Below, piece after piece: positions 9,379 to 18,568 of a stretch of 64,000 bases of DNA. Numbering within the stretch: position 1 is the stretch's first letter; the number at the start of each line of letters is the position of its first letter. The notes under the pieces are model-generated. The model saw only the letters and a program-made list of their open reading frames with translations, was not told the DNA's origin and ran no database searches. The position numbers and the translations under genes were made by a program. Source of the stretch: an uncultured Desulfarculus sp. (GTDB lineage Bacteria; Desulfobacterota; Desulfarculia; Desulfarculales; Desulfarculaceae); contig CAXXUK010000001.1 in NCBI GenBank assembly GCA_963665125.2, forward strand, positions 736,001 through 800,000. The letters run 5' to 3'.

Positions 9379-10743
9379 TCAATCAAGCTTGGGCGCCAGG
9401 GGTTGAGGCACGGCGGCCTGATCGTATCGCAGGGTTATATTGTCGCGGATCCAGTGCTCGTCCCACCATTCCGCCGGGTCCACGAACACTCCCTGAACCA
9501 GGGTCGAGAAATGCAGGTGATCGCCCAGGGCCAATCCTGTGGCACCGGAAAGGCCAAGCTCCTGACCCCTGTTCACCCGGTCGCCGGCCTTTACGACCAG
9601 TTGTGAAAGATGGCCGTAAAGACTGTAGAGGCCCATGCCGTGGTCCAGGAGTACGCAATTGCCGTAGATCCCCAGGCTGCCGGCAAAGCGAACCAACCCG
9701 TTCGCCGCGGCCGGGACGGGTGAATTGGCCGTATGGGCCAGATCGATCCCCAGGTGGGTTGCCTCGCTCTCCAAGGCGTCCTTGTAGTAATACGAACGGT
9801 GATCGCCGAATCCGGCCATGCGGCCGCCCATGGCCCGAAGCAGAGGTCCGTTCCAGAGCTGATACGGGCCGGGGTCGCCCATGGCGACCATTATCTTGTT
9901 GTCATCTGATTGGCGTAGCGTTTCATTGACCCACTTGAATACGGCCAAGGGCGTTTTCTGCCCTATGGGCGCCTGGGCGGCGAAGCGCTCGCTTATGGCT
10001 TCGAGGAAACCATCGGAGAGATTGATGCGTGAATGACGGAAGTTGCGCCAGCGCAGACGATGCCGCAATGAAGCCTCGGACTTGTTGCCCGCTACGTCGG
10101 TGGCCCACAGCTTGATTTTGGCTCCACGCTGGGCGCTGACGGGATAGGCGAAAAGGCAAGCCGCCATTTTGGGCTTTTCCGGCCAGGGATGGTAGCCGGT
10201 GAATACTTGGTCGTCCACTCTGACGCCGTGCCATGCCGAAGGTTCGCTGACCTCATAAACCGCCAGGGCGCTCCCGCCACGGTTGATGTAGATCATGCCG
10301 CCGGCCTGGCGCACTTCCGGCCGGATGGTGTCGATTTCCAGGGGAATGCTGAGCAGGGCGGTGTTGCCCGCTCCCCAGCCCCGGAAAGAGCTGTCAATTG
10401 CCTCGAAGACCAGGGCGGCCTGGCCCTGGGAAAAGCCCAAGGCCAGGGGCGAAACGGCTATCTCAAAGTTGGCTTCGCGGCTGTTGCCGCTGATGGTTTC
10501 TTCCAGCAGCGAGGCCTTTTTGTCGCCTTGCTTCAAATAGACCCGCACCAGGCGCAGGCCGTTGCCCTTGTCCACGGCTTTGAAGGTTATGGTGTTGCTC
10601 GTGCCCAGGGCGGCCGGGGGATTGTCGATGATGATTTCCGGCGGTTCGCCCTCGTAGAACGGGCTGAAATACAAGGCCGCAACCGCCACCGCGACGATTA
10701 GCACCAGGGAAATCAATAAAACCGGACGCAACTTCAAGGCCAT
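9379..10743 (-). CDS. M23 family metallopeptidase
   Basis: HLGIDLA, YGNCVLLDHG, LYGHL, GDHLHF; N-terminal membrane anchor; start at ATG 10743. Confidence 0.92.
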   Translation of the reverse strand: MALKLRPVLLISLVLIVAVAVAALYFSPFYEGEPPEIIIDNPPAALGTSNTITFKAVDKGNGLRLVRVYLKQGDKKASLLEETISGNSREANFEIAVSPLALGFSQGQAALVFEAIDSSFRGWGAGNTALLSIPLEIDTIRPEVRQAGGMIYINRGGSALAVYEVSEPSAWHGVRVDDQVFTGYHPWPEKPKMAACLFAYPVSAQRGAKIKLWATDVAGNKSEASLRHRLRWRNFRHSRINLSDGFLEAISERFAAQAPIGQKTPLAVFKWVNETLRQSDDNKIMVAMGDPGPYQLWNGPLLRAMGGRMAGFGDHRSYYYKDALESEATHLGIDLAHTANSPVPAAANGLVRFAGSLGIYGNCVLLDHGMGLYSLYGHLSQLVVKAGDRVNRGQELGLSGATGLALGDHLHFSTLVQGVFVDPAEWWDEHWIRDNITLRYDQAAVPQPLAPKLD

Positions 10744-10963
10744 GAAAGCAAGCTCCTTTTTTGTCTTGTGAGGGCCAACTCGCCTCAGGTTATGGCAGGG
10801 CGCGGTGACTGTCAACAAATCCTGCCAAGTTGCCTGCTTTAAAGGCGGGTGGTAGCCTATTGTTGCATGAATGCAACGGATCGCGGTTGCCGGGCGCCTG
10901 TGGTTAAGCGGCTGGGGCGTTGGTTCGACGGATTGAATCTCAAAATATTCTTCTTGCGGCGGT

Positions 10964-11509
10964 ATGGCGATGATAGCAGCTCTCGGTGATCTCAAACCAA
11001 AGGTTGACGAGTCGGCGTTCGTGGCGGAATCGGCCCTGGTGGCCGGTGACGTGGAGGTGGCCGCCCAGGCCAACATCTGGTACGGCTGCGTCATCCGGGG
11101 CGACGTTGGCACTGTCCGTGTCGGCGCGCGCAGCAACATTCAGGACATGAGCGTGTTGCACGTATCCCGTGGCGGTCCTCCCTGCGTGGTTGGCGATGAC
11201 GTGTTGGTGGGTCACCGGGCGGTGCTGCACGGTTGCACCGTTAAAGACGGCGCTTTCATAGGCATCGGGGCCATTGTTCTCGACGGCGCGGTGATCGGCA
11301 AAAATGCCATGGTCGGAGCGGGCAGCCTGGTGCCGCCGGGCATGGAGGTGCCGCCGGGCGTGTTGGTCATGGGATCGCCGGCCAAGGTCCGCCGCGATCT
11401 CACTGAAAAAGATATGGAGCGCAACTCCAACCAGGTCCGCAGATACCTGGAGACCGCGGAGCAGCATGCCAGACTGTGGAAACAGCCCGAGGGGGTGCGC
11501 AAGCCATGA
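10964..11509 (+). CDS. Gamma carbonic anhydrase family (hexapeptide repeat) protein
   Basis: IRGD, SNIQDMSVLH, VGHRAVLHGC. Confidence 0.93.
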   Translation: MAMIAALGDLKPKVDESAFVAESALVAGDVEVAAQANIWYGCVIRGDVGTVRVGARSNIQDMSVLHVSRGGPPCVVGDDVLVGHRAVLHGCTVKDGAFIGIGAIVLDGAVIGKNAMVGAGSLVPPGMEVPPGVLVMGSPAKVRRDLTEKDMERNSNQVRRYLETAEQHARLWKQPEGVRKP

Positions 11510-12615
11510 GCCGGCCAGCCTCCGCCGTTATAACCGACAGATTGTCCGAGCAGGTGCAGCAAAACTGCCGCAAGGCCGACGCCGCCGTGGCGGGCCGCTT
11601 TGCCCTGTGCGGCCTGCTTCTCAGGCTGCGCAATCTCTACAAATGGGAGCACGGCATCGACCCCTGGCAGGAGCAGGACCCCGGCCTGGTGCTGGAATGG
11701 GTCAGCCAGCGGGAGGAGGCCTGGGACGCCATTGACGATCTGACGCCCGCGCCCCTGGAGATCGACGGCAAGGAATATGACCCCTTTGACACCGAGGCCG
11801 TGAACGCCATTGTCGAGCCGTTGGGGCTGCTCTACGGCGCCGGCCGGGTGGGGGGTATGCTGCCGGTGTTTTTCCTTGGCCAATTGGAGCGGCGCTGGGG
11901 CCGCGACGGCCTGGATGTGCATCTGATCGGCGATGAACTGTGCGCCGACTTGTTTTTTCTGCCCGGCCTGCGCCAGGACAGCGCCGTATATCTGCGGCGG
12001 CAGCCCCTGGGCTATCTGGTCTGGGACCTTATCGCCGACCCTAGGCGGTCCCAGCAACGTTATGTTCGCTTCGGCCTGGAGGGTTACGGCGTCAGCTACA
12101 AAAAACTGCTGGAAAATCCCGCCTGGGATGCCTTGGGCCCGGTGCTGGAGGGCGAGTTGCAGGCCGTGCTGTGGCACGAGATAGGCGAATCCACCAGCGG
12201 CGAACAGGCCATGGATTTATTGAGACGCACCGCAGTGGAACACTCGGGCAGCGAACTGGAGCATTTCGTGCGCGGGGTCAAAGACCTGTTGGCAGACACC
12301 GGGCCCAGCGGCAGGCTGGCCCAGATCGCCGCCCATCAAAGCCGGGGCGCCCTGGGGTTTTATCCGGCCTGGCTGCACGGTTTCCCCAGGCTGATGTTTC
12401 CGGAAATAGACGCCGCGGTCATGGAGTTCATGAGAAGCGGCGACTGGGACGTCATCGAGCAGGTCCGCAACCTGGGCTGGGACAGGGCCCAGCAGGCCAT
12501 AAAGGGCCTCGGCGAGATTTTGGAAAACCACCAGGGCGAAGAGGCCCGGGAATTGGCCAAAAATCAAGTCATCGGCCCGCTGACGGGATTCCGTCAGCTG
12601 CCGGACGACTCTTGA
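11506..12615 (+). CDS. Conserved hypothetical protein (Sfum_1244-like)
   Basis: CGLLLRLRNLYKWEHG, YDPFD, WHEIGE, VKDLLAD; ATGA overlap with the upstream gene. Confidence 0.7.
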   Translation: MSRPASAVITDRLSEQVQQNCRKADAAVAGRFALCGLLLRLRNLYKWEHGIDPWQEQDPGLVLEWVSQREEAWDAIDDLTPAPLEIDGKEYDPFDTEAVNAIVEPLGLLYGAGRVGGMLPVFFLGQLERRWGRDGLDVHLIGDELCADLFFLPGLRQDSAVYLRRQPLGYLVWDLIADPRRSQQRYVRFGLEGYGVSYKKLLENPAWDALGPVLEGELQAVLWHEIGESTSGEQAMDLLRRTAVEHSGSELEHFVRGVKDLLADTGPSGRLAQIAAHQSRGALGFYPAWLHGFPRLMFPEIDAAVMEFMRSGDWDVIEQVRNLGWDRAQQAIKGLGEILENHQGEEARELAKNQVIGPLTGFRQLPDDS

Positions 12616-12644
12616 TATGGCACGCGAATGGATTTTGGCTGTTG

Positions 12645-12863
12645 CTACTTGAGCCGGTAGGTGATCAGGCCATGGGTGAGGTCATAGGGCGAAACGCTGA
12701 TGCGGACGCGGTCTCCCACCAGGACCTTGATTTTGAACCTTTTCATGCGTCCGGAGAGAACGGCCCGCAGGGTGTGACCCTGTTCGGTTTCAACCTCCAT
12801 TTGGCCACCGCCCAGGGTGCGGGTGACAACGCCTTCGAGATGGATTAGATCGTCACGACTCAA
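12645..12863 (-). CDS. infA: Translation initiation factor IF-1
   Basis: 72 aa; LSGRMKRFKIKVLVGDRV..SPYDLTHGLITYR. Confidence 0.95.
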   Translation of the reverse strand: MSRDDLIHLEGVVTRTLGGGQMEVETEQGHTLRAVLSGRMKRFKIKVLVGDRVRISVSPYDLTHGLITYRLK

Positions 12864-13092
12864 ATTATATTCCTATTCGGTTGGTATCTGTTGCGCGCCC
12901 GGCATGGCCAGGCAATACTTCTCACCGCCGCTCCCGGCAGCCAGGATAATATGACATGCCAACTGGTGGCAGTCAAGTGCGGGCGGTAAAGGAAAGGCCT
13001 TGCCAAACTATGGAGCAGCCGGTATATTTCTCCAGTTCGAAAGGCTATTACCGCCCGGTTGTAGGGCGTTTCGTTTTGCGGAGGATATTAAA

Positions 13093-13284
13093 ATGAGCCA
13101 GGTTTGCCACTTTTGCGGCAAGAAACCCCAGGTAGGCTTCAACATCAGCCACGCCCACAACAAGACCAAGCGCCGGTTCAATCCCAACCTGCAGCGCGTG
13201 CGTCACGTTGAAAACGGCACCACCAAGCGCATCACGGTCTGCACCCGCTGCCTGCGCTCGGGCAAAGTGGTCAAGCCCGCCTAG
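13093..13284 (+). CDS. rpmB: 50S ribosomal protein L28 (Zn-ribbon type)
   Basis: [10 protein letters not shown]...[16 protein letters not shown]...CTRCLRSG; upstream GAGG RBS. Confidence 0.97.
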   Translation: MSQVCHFCGKKPQVGFNISHAHNKTKRRFNPNLQRVRHVENGTTKRITVCTRCLRSGKVVKPA

Positions 13285-13330
13285 GCAAAACTGCCGCCCG
13301 ATACTCCGGCCTTTTCAGGGGCTGGTGAAC

Positions 13331-13361
13331 AAAAGGGACGCTTATCAAAGCGCCCCTTTTT
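13331..13361. terminator. Bidirectional intrinsic terminator between rpmB and the TrpD-like gene
   Basis: AAAAGGGACGCTT-ATCA-AAGCGCCCCTTTTT hairpin flanked by A and T tracts. Confidence 0.75.
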
Positions 13362-13392
13362 GTTGTTCCCAAATCCATTAAGACCAGAAGAA

Positions 13393-14526
13393 TCAGGCCG
13401 CCTGGGCCAAAAGACCGTCCAGTGCCGCTTCGGCGGCCGAGGCATCCCTGCTCTGGGTGGTCACCAGGCTGCGCAGCTTTTCCAGGGTCTTGCCCTCGGC
13501 GATGGCCTGCCTGGCCATGTCCACGCCCTGGGGTAGGCTTGCCGCGTGGCCGGTGAGCTTCAGGACAGCCGCCGCGTTGGCCGCCAGAAAATCGGCCAGC
13601 GGGCTGTCCTGAAGCCCGGCCAATACGGATATGGCGGCCAGGGCGTTGCCCCTGGCGTCGCCCTTGCTGGCAATTTGCTCGTATTTGTGGTTGCTCAGGC
13701 CGAAGTCGCCGGGCGTCAGGGTGTATTCGCGCAATTGGCCGCCCGACAGCTCGACGCAGTGGGTAGGGCCGCAGACCGACACCTCGTCGATGCCCTGGTC
13801 CTGGGGATGTTCGCTGCTGGTGCCGTACATGCACAGGGCCTTTTCCACGCCGATCTCCCGGCATATCTCGGCCATCATCCGGGCGAGGTCGCGGCGGTAG
13901 ACCCCCAGGACCATGGTCTTGGTGCTGGGGCAGGGCATGGTCAGCGGGCCGACGATGTTGAATATGGACGTAAAGCGCATGTGCTGGACCAGTCTGGCCC
14001 AGCCGGCCTTGAGAAAGCTCTCGCCGGGCAAATAGGCCAGGCCGTTTCGCTCCAGAGACCTTCCGGCCAGCTCCAGCGGCGCGGCAAGGTCCACCCCGAA
14101 CTGGGCAAAGACCTCGGAGGCCCCGGACACTCCGGTGACCCGCTGGGCCCCTTTCTTGGCCACATAGGGCCCGCAGGCCGCCACGATGACCGAAACCGGC
14201 GATGAGACGTTGACGGTCTTGAGGGCGTCGGAGCCCGTGCCCACGATATCCACCGGGGCCTCGGGCAGGTCCGGATCGATCAGGGCCGTGTCGTATTGGT
14301 GAATCGCATCCCAGCATCCGGCGATTTCGGCAACGGTCGGCCCCTTGGCGATATGGGCGGCCAGAAACGCGCCCTGCTGCAAGTCCGGCTGTTCGCTCAG
14401 CAGGATTTGGCGGTAGCATTCCCGTGATGATTCGCGGCCGATGTCCCGGCCCTGGCCCAATTGGCCGATGATCCGGCCAAACTCTTGCATCTTGTTTTCT
14501 TCAAACATGGTTATCCGCTCCGTCAT
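13393..14526 (-). CDS. Anthranilate phosphoribosyltransferase-like (TrpD fold) protein, atypical
   Basis: DIVGTGSD, TVNVSS, SIFNIVGPLTMP, GIDEVS; KKGA in place of KHGN. Confidence 0.88.
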   Translation of the reverse strand: MTERITMFEENKMQEFGRIIGQLGQGRDIGRESSRECYRQILLSEQPDLQQGAFLAAHIAKGPTVAEIAGCWDAIHQYDTALIDPDLPEAPVDIVGTGSDALKTVNVSSPVSVIVAACGPYVAKKGAQRVTGVSGASEVFAQFGVDLAAPLELAGRSLERNGLAYLPGESFLKAGWARLVQHMRFTSIFNIVGPLTMPCPSTKTMVLGVYRRDLARMMAEICREIGVEKALCMYGTSSEHPQDQGIDEVSVCGPTHCVELSGGQLREYTLTPGDFGLSNHKYEQIASKGDARGNALAAISVLAGLQDSPLADFLAANAAAVLKLTGHAASLPQGVDMARQAIAEGKTLEKLRSLVTTQSRDASAAEAALDGLLAQAA

Positions 14527-15536
14527 GGTTTGACGACTACTTTAAGGGTGTCTTTGCTTTCGGCCGCCTCCAGGCCCTTGACCGCCTCGGACAGGGGCAG
14601 GGTGCGGCTTATCAACGAGGACGCGTACTTGCGGTTTTGGTCCAGGATGTCGATGGCCCTGTTGTTTTGGGCGGCGGTGCAGCCGAACGCCCCACAAAGG
14701 GCCAACTCCTTGTAATGGACTTGATTCAAATCAATGGCATGGGTCTGGCGCAGGCCCGAGAACAGCACCAGCGAGCCGCCGGGCCCCAGGACCTGCACGG
14801 CCCAGTCCAGGGCCTCGGGCGAAGGCGTGGCCGGGATGACCACGTCGGCGGGTCCGCCCAGCAGGTCCATGGCCGCCGACGGGTCCAGGCTTTCTGCCAC
14901 ATGCAGGCCGCCAAAGGGCAGACCCTCCAGGCGGGCGGCATCGGCCTCTATGGCCAGCACCCGCCCGGCCCAGCAATGGGCCGCCGCCAGCATGGCCAAA
15001 CGGCCGACCACGCCCGCACCGAACACCGCGACCCGCTGGCCCGGCTCGAAACGGGCCGCCTCCAGGGCGTTGAGGCCGCAGGCCAGCGGCTCGGTCAGGG
15101 TGGCCGTGGCAGGGTCCAGACCATCCGGCACAAGACTTACGCCCCCGGACCGGACAATACCGGCCGGTACGGCCATGAACCGGGCCATGCCACCATCGGT
15201 GGAGAAGCCCAGCACGCCAATGGCCGGGCAACGGTTTTCATGGCCCGACAGACAGGCTGGGCATTTTCCGCAGGGATCGCCGGGGGCTATCTGGACCAGT
15301 GAACCCACGGGCGGCGCTTGATGCCCCGCCTTGGATTCGATGATCCGTCCCGCCACTTCATGGCCCAGGATCCGGGGCAAAACCAGTTCCTTGTGCCCCA
15401 GACGCCACATCTTGACGTCGGAGGCGCAGATGCCGCAGGCCGCCACTTCAATGAGCAGGCCGCCTTCCGGGCATTTCGCGTCCGTGGTGTGATCCACCAA
15501 TATTTCACCGGGTTGTATAAGCTTTGCCGCCAGCAT
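14523..15536 (-). CDS. Zn-dependent medium-chain dehydrogenase (threonine/sorbitol dehydrogenase-like)
   Basis: GICASD, LGHE, CGKCPAC...C, GAGVVG. Start is ATG 15536; the longer ORF runs through the riboswitch. Confidence 0.92.
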   Translation of the reverse strand: MLAAKLIQPGEILVDHTTDAKCPEGGLLIEVAACGICASDVKMWRLGHKELVLPRILGHEVAGRIIESKAGHQAPPVGSLVQIAPGDPCGKCPACLSGHENRCPAIGVLGFSTDGGMARFMAVPAGIVRSGGVSLVPDGLDPATATLTEPLACGLNALEAARFEPGQRVAVFGAGVVGRLAMLAAAHCWAGRVLAIEADAARLEGLPFGGLHVAESLDPSAAMDLLGGPADVVIPATPSPEALDWAVQVLGPGGSLVLFSGLRQTHAIDLNQVHYKELALCGAFGCTAAQNNRAIDILDQNRKYASSLISRTLPLSEAVKGLEAAESKDTLKVVVKP

Positions 15537-15555
15537 TGGTGCATGCCCCCAAAAT

Positions 15556-15590
15556 AAAAAAAGCCTCCCGTCCACAATCGGACGGGAGGC
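15556..15590 (-). terminator. Intrinsic terminator (riboswitch expression platform)
   Basis: GCCTCCCGTCC-GATTGT-GGACGGGAGGC-TTTTTTT on the minus strand, about 20 nt before the ATG. Confidence 0.9.
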
Positions 15591-15637
15591 GCTTTTACCA
15601 TTGGCTCCCCATATTGTCCGGGCCGCGGCCCGGCATC

Positions 15638-15791
15638 GGCTGTGCTGGTTCGTCTTCTGGCTTCCGGTTGATGCCTCTTTCCCGCCTTCCCACAACACTT
15701 GAGGTGTCGCAGTGGCCTTTGGGAAATCGTCACCGGTTACAGCGGCGGGACCGCCACGGATTCGCACCGTGTTCCGTTAACCATCACAGCC
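15638..15791 (-). ncRNA. Cobalamin (B12) riboswitch
   Basis: Minus strand: GGTTAACGGAACACGGTGCGAATCCGTGGCGGTCCCGCCGCTGTAACCGG...GCCACTG...TGGGAAGGC...GGAAGCCAGAAGAC (B12 box). Closing stem GGCTGTGATGGTT/AACCAGCACAGCC. Confidence 0.93.
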
Positions 15792-15856
15792 CAAACGTAT
15801 TTTGGCGCAATCATAAGCTCAAGTGTTTGATGTGTCAAGGTGCGGGTGCGGTGTGT

Positions 15857-18037
15857 CTAGCGCCTCTTGTCCTGGCCCTTTTTTACGCCCAGACGGCGGA
15901 CCGAATACACGCCCTTGATTTTTTTGATGTCACCGAATACGTGGTGCAGTTGGCCGGTGTCGTGGACCTGGATCAGGAAGTTGGCCAGTCCCCGCTGTTT
16001 TTCGGGCTGGGCCTTTACTTCGGCCTCCAGGATGTTGACGTTGCGTTGTTTGAGGACCTGGGCCACATCGGCCAGGATGCCGGCCCGGTCGATGCTCTCG
16101 ACGGTGATGCGCACCGGGCGGACCTGGTCTTCGGCCACTTCCCATTCCACGTCGACACGGCGTTCGGGGTCCACCTCGTCCAAATGCGGGCAGTCGGCCC
16201 TGTGCACGGTGACGCCCCGGCCCCGGGTGATGAACCCCACAATGGGGTCGCCGGGCAGGGGATTGCAGCATCCGGCAAAGCGGATCATGATGTCGTCTAC
16301 GCCTCTGACCGTGATGCCGTCGTGGGCCCTTTTGCGAAGCCTGCCGATGGAGCGCTCTATGAAGCCGGGTTTTTTGATGTCCTCGTCTTCCCTGGGCGCC
16401 ACCCGGTTGGCGACCTGTTTGGCCGACAGCTTGCCGTAGGCCACGGAGGCCAACAGGGAGTCCGTTTCCGTAAACGAGTATTCCTCGGCTATTTTCTTCA
16501 GACGGCCGTCTTTGAGCGATGCATTGTAGGTCGTGCCGCGTTTGCGCAGTTCGCGCTCCAGCAGATCCCGGCCAAGAGCCACGGCCCGGTCGCGTTCCTC
16601 CTTGCGGATATAGGCCCTTATCTTGGAGCGGGCCCGGTTGGTTTGTACAAAGGACAGCCAGTCCTTGCTGGGATGGTGTTTGGGGTTGGTGGTCACCGAG
16701 ACCTGGTCGCCGGTCTTTAGCTCGGTGCGCAGGCTGACCATGCGGCCGTTGACCTTGGCGCCCACGCATTGGTCGCCCACCTCGGTGTGGATGGAATAGG
16801 CGAAGTCAACCGGCGTGGCCCCCTTGGGCAATTCCTTTACCTCGCCGGTGGGCGTGAACACGAAGATCTCTTCCGGGTAGAGGTCCATGCGCAGCGATTG
16901 CATGAACTCCCGGGGTTCGTCGACATCCTGTTCCTGCTGCCACTCCAGCAGCCGCCGCAACCAGGCGAAACGGCGCTCCTCGGCCGCGTCGCCGCCGCCT
17001 TGTTCCTTGTAGCGCCAGTGGGCCGCGATGCCTTCCTCGGCGATGCGGTGCATCTCCTCGGTGCGGATCTGCACCTCCATGCGCTGGCCAGCCGGCCCCA
17101 GCACCGCGGTGTGCAGCGACTGGTACATGTTGGCCTTGGGCATGCCGATGTAGTCGCGCACCCGGCCGGGCACGGGTTTCCACACCGAGTGGATCACCCC
17201 CAGGGCCCCGTAGCAGTCCTTGAGGGATTCCACTATGACCCGGAAGGCCAGGATGTCGTAGAGTTCGGTGATGTCGAGGTTGCGGCGCTGCAATTTGTTG
17301 TAGATGCTGGCCAGGTGCTTGGGCCTGCCGCTGACCCGGCACTTGATGCCGTTGTCGGCCATCATCTTTTCCAGCTTGCCGGTTACATCGCTGATGAATA
17401 CGGTCTGCTGGTTTTGGTTTTGGGCCACATCGTCCTTGATCCGTTGGTATATCTCCGGCTCAAGGTAGAAAAGGGCCAGGTCCTCCAATTCGGCCTGCCA
17501 GCGGCGCACGCCCAAACGGTGGGCCATGGGGGCGTAGATGTCCCTGGTCTCCTGGGCGATGCGCTGCTGCTTCGCCGGTTTTAGATAGCCCAGGGTGCGC
17601 ATGTTGTGCAGCCGGTCGGCCAATTTTATGAGCAGCACCCGGATGTCGCTGGCCATGGCCAGGATCATCTTGCGCAGGCTCTGGGCCTGGCGGGCCGCGC
17701 CGGAATCCGTGCGGGCGTTGAGCAGGGTGATCTTGGTGACGCCGTCGACCAGGGCCGCCACTTCCGGGCCCAACAGGGCCTCGATGTCCTCCAGGGTGGT
17801 CTGGGTGTCCTCGACGGTGTCGTGCAGCAGGCCCGCGCAGATGCTGGCCACGTCCAACTGCATTTCGGCCATCAGTGCGGCCACGGCCAGGGGGTGGCTG
17901 AGGTAGGGCTCGCCGGAACTGCGCACCTGTCCGGAGTGGACCCTAGCCGAATAGACATAGGCCTTCATGATGGCCTTGGTGTCCGCGCTGGGGTGGTAGC
18001 CGACAACAGTGTCGATTATTTCGTTGATGCGGATCAT
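15857..18037 (-). CDS. relA: Bifunctional (p)ppGpp synthetase/hydrolase, RelA/SpoT family
   Basis: HD domain (LLHDTVED, DRLHNMRT), synthetase (GRPK, YQSLHT, EVQIRT), TGS and ACT domains. Confidence 0.96.
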   Translation of the reverse strand: MIRINEIIDTVVGYHPSADTKAIMKAYVYSARVHSGQVRSSGEPYLSHPLAVAALMAEMQLDVASICAGLLHDTVEDTQTTLEDIEALLGPEVAALVDGVTKITLLNARTDSGAARQAQSLRKMILAMASDIRVLLIKLADRLHNMRTLGYLKPAKQQRIAQETRDIYAPMAHRLGVRRWQAELEDLALFYLEPEIYQRIKDDVAQNQNQQTVFISDVTGKLEKMMADNGIKCRVSGRPKHLASIYNKLQRRNLDITELYDILAFRVIVESLKDCYGALGVIHSVWKPVPGRVRDYIGMPKANMYQSLHTAVLGPAGQRMEVQIRTEEMHRIAEEGIAAHWRYKEQGGGDAAEERRFAWLRRLLEWQQEQDVDEPREFMQSLRMDLYPEEIFVFTPTGEVKELPKGATPVDFAYSIHTEVGDQCVGAKVNGRMVSLRTELKTGDQVSVTTNPKHHPSKDWLSFVQTNRARSKIRAYIRKEERDRAVALGRDLLERELRKRGTTYNASLKDGRLKKIAEEYSFTETDSLLASVAYGKLSAKQVANRVAPREDEDIKKPGFIERSIGRLRKRAHDGITVRGVDDIMIRFAGCCNPLPGDPIVGFITRGRGVTVHRADCPHLDEVDPERRVDVEWEVAEDQVRPVRITVESIDRAGILADVAQVLKQRNVNILEAEVKAQPEKQRGLANFLIQVHDTGQLHHVFGDIKKIKGVYSVRRLGVKKGQDKRR

Positions 18038-18078
18038 GTCAAAATTGCCCGCGTTTCAGGCGGACACGCAACTCCAGC

Positions 18079-18561
18079 TTATTGCCACTTGTAAAATCTA
18101 CACCGCCGGGCCGACCAGCCGTCCAGACCATCTTTTTCTATGATACACACATTTTGCTTGGGATAGGTGCCGCTGATTGGCTCGAGGAAGTCGGCTTTGG
18201 CGCATTTGTTGAAATCGCCGCATTGCCAGCAGCCTTCCAAGCCGCGCTGCAGGCAGCAGTCCTTGACCGGGCAATTGTCGGAGCAGCCGTCGCCGCCCAG
18301 GCGGCAGGGGCTGTCGCATCGGCCGTCGACCAAGGCCTCCAACAGAGCCAAGGCCTGGTCATAGCCCGCATAGGCCTCGACGCCTTTGATCCGGGCCGGA
18401 TCGCCTCCGGCCTTGGCAGCGGCATAGACCCCATAACCTTCCTGATCCAGGGCCTTCAGTAATTTTTCGGCCAGGGAGGCCGCCTGGCTCTGAAAGCGGA
18501 TGCAGTCTTCGCAATACAGCCCGCAAAAGGCGGTTAGGTCCTTTTCGCTGAAATCAGCCAT
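18079..18561 (-). CDS. Cys-rich DUF3795-like protein
   Basis: CGLYCEDC, C..PC, C.VKDCC....EGCWQC..F..C pattern. Confidence 0.72.
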   Translation of the reverse strand: MADFSEKDLTAFCGLYCEDCIRFQSQAASLAEKLLKALDQEGYGVYAAAKAGGDPARIKGVEAYAGYDQALALLEALVDGRCDSPCRLGGDGCSDNCPVKDCCLQRGLEGCWQCGDFNKCAKADFLEPISGTYPKQNVCIIEKDGLDGWSARRCRFYKWQ

Positions 18562-18568
18562 CAAGGCC

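Noticed and set aside
10744..11139. Extended start of the M23 peptidase ORF
   Set aside because: Overlaps the gamma-CA gene on the other strand; the membrane anchor and a GGAG RBS fit ATG 10743.
12618..12633. TGGCACG sigma54-like -24 box
   Set aside because: The -12 position reads TGGA rather than TTGC, and it points antisense into infA.
15537..15767. N-terminal extension of the dehydrogenase ORF (414 aa in the track)
   Set aside because: It runs through the riboswitch and its terminator; family similarity begins at ATG 15536.
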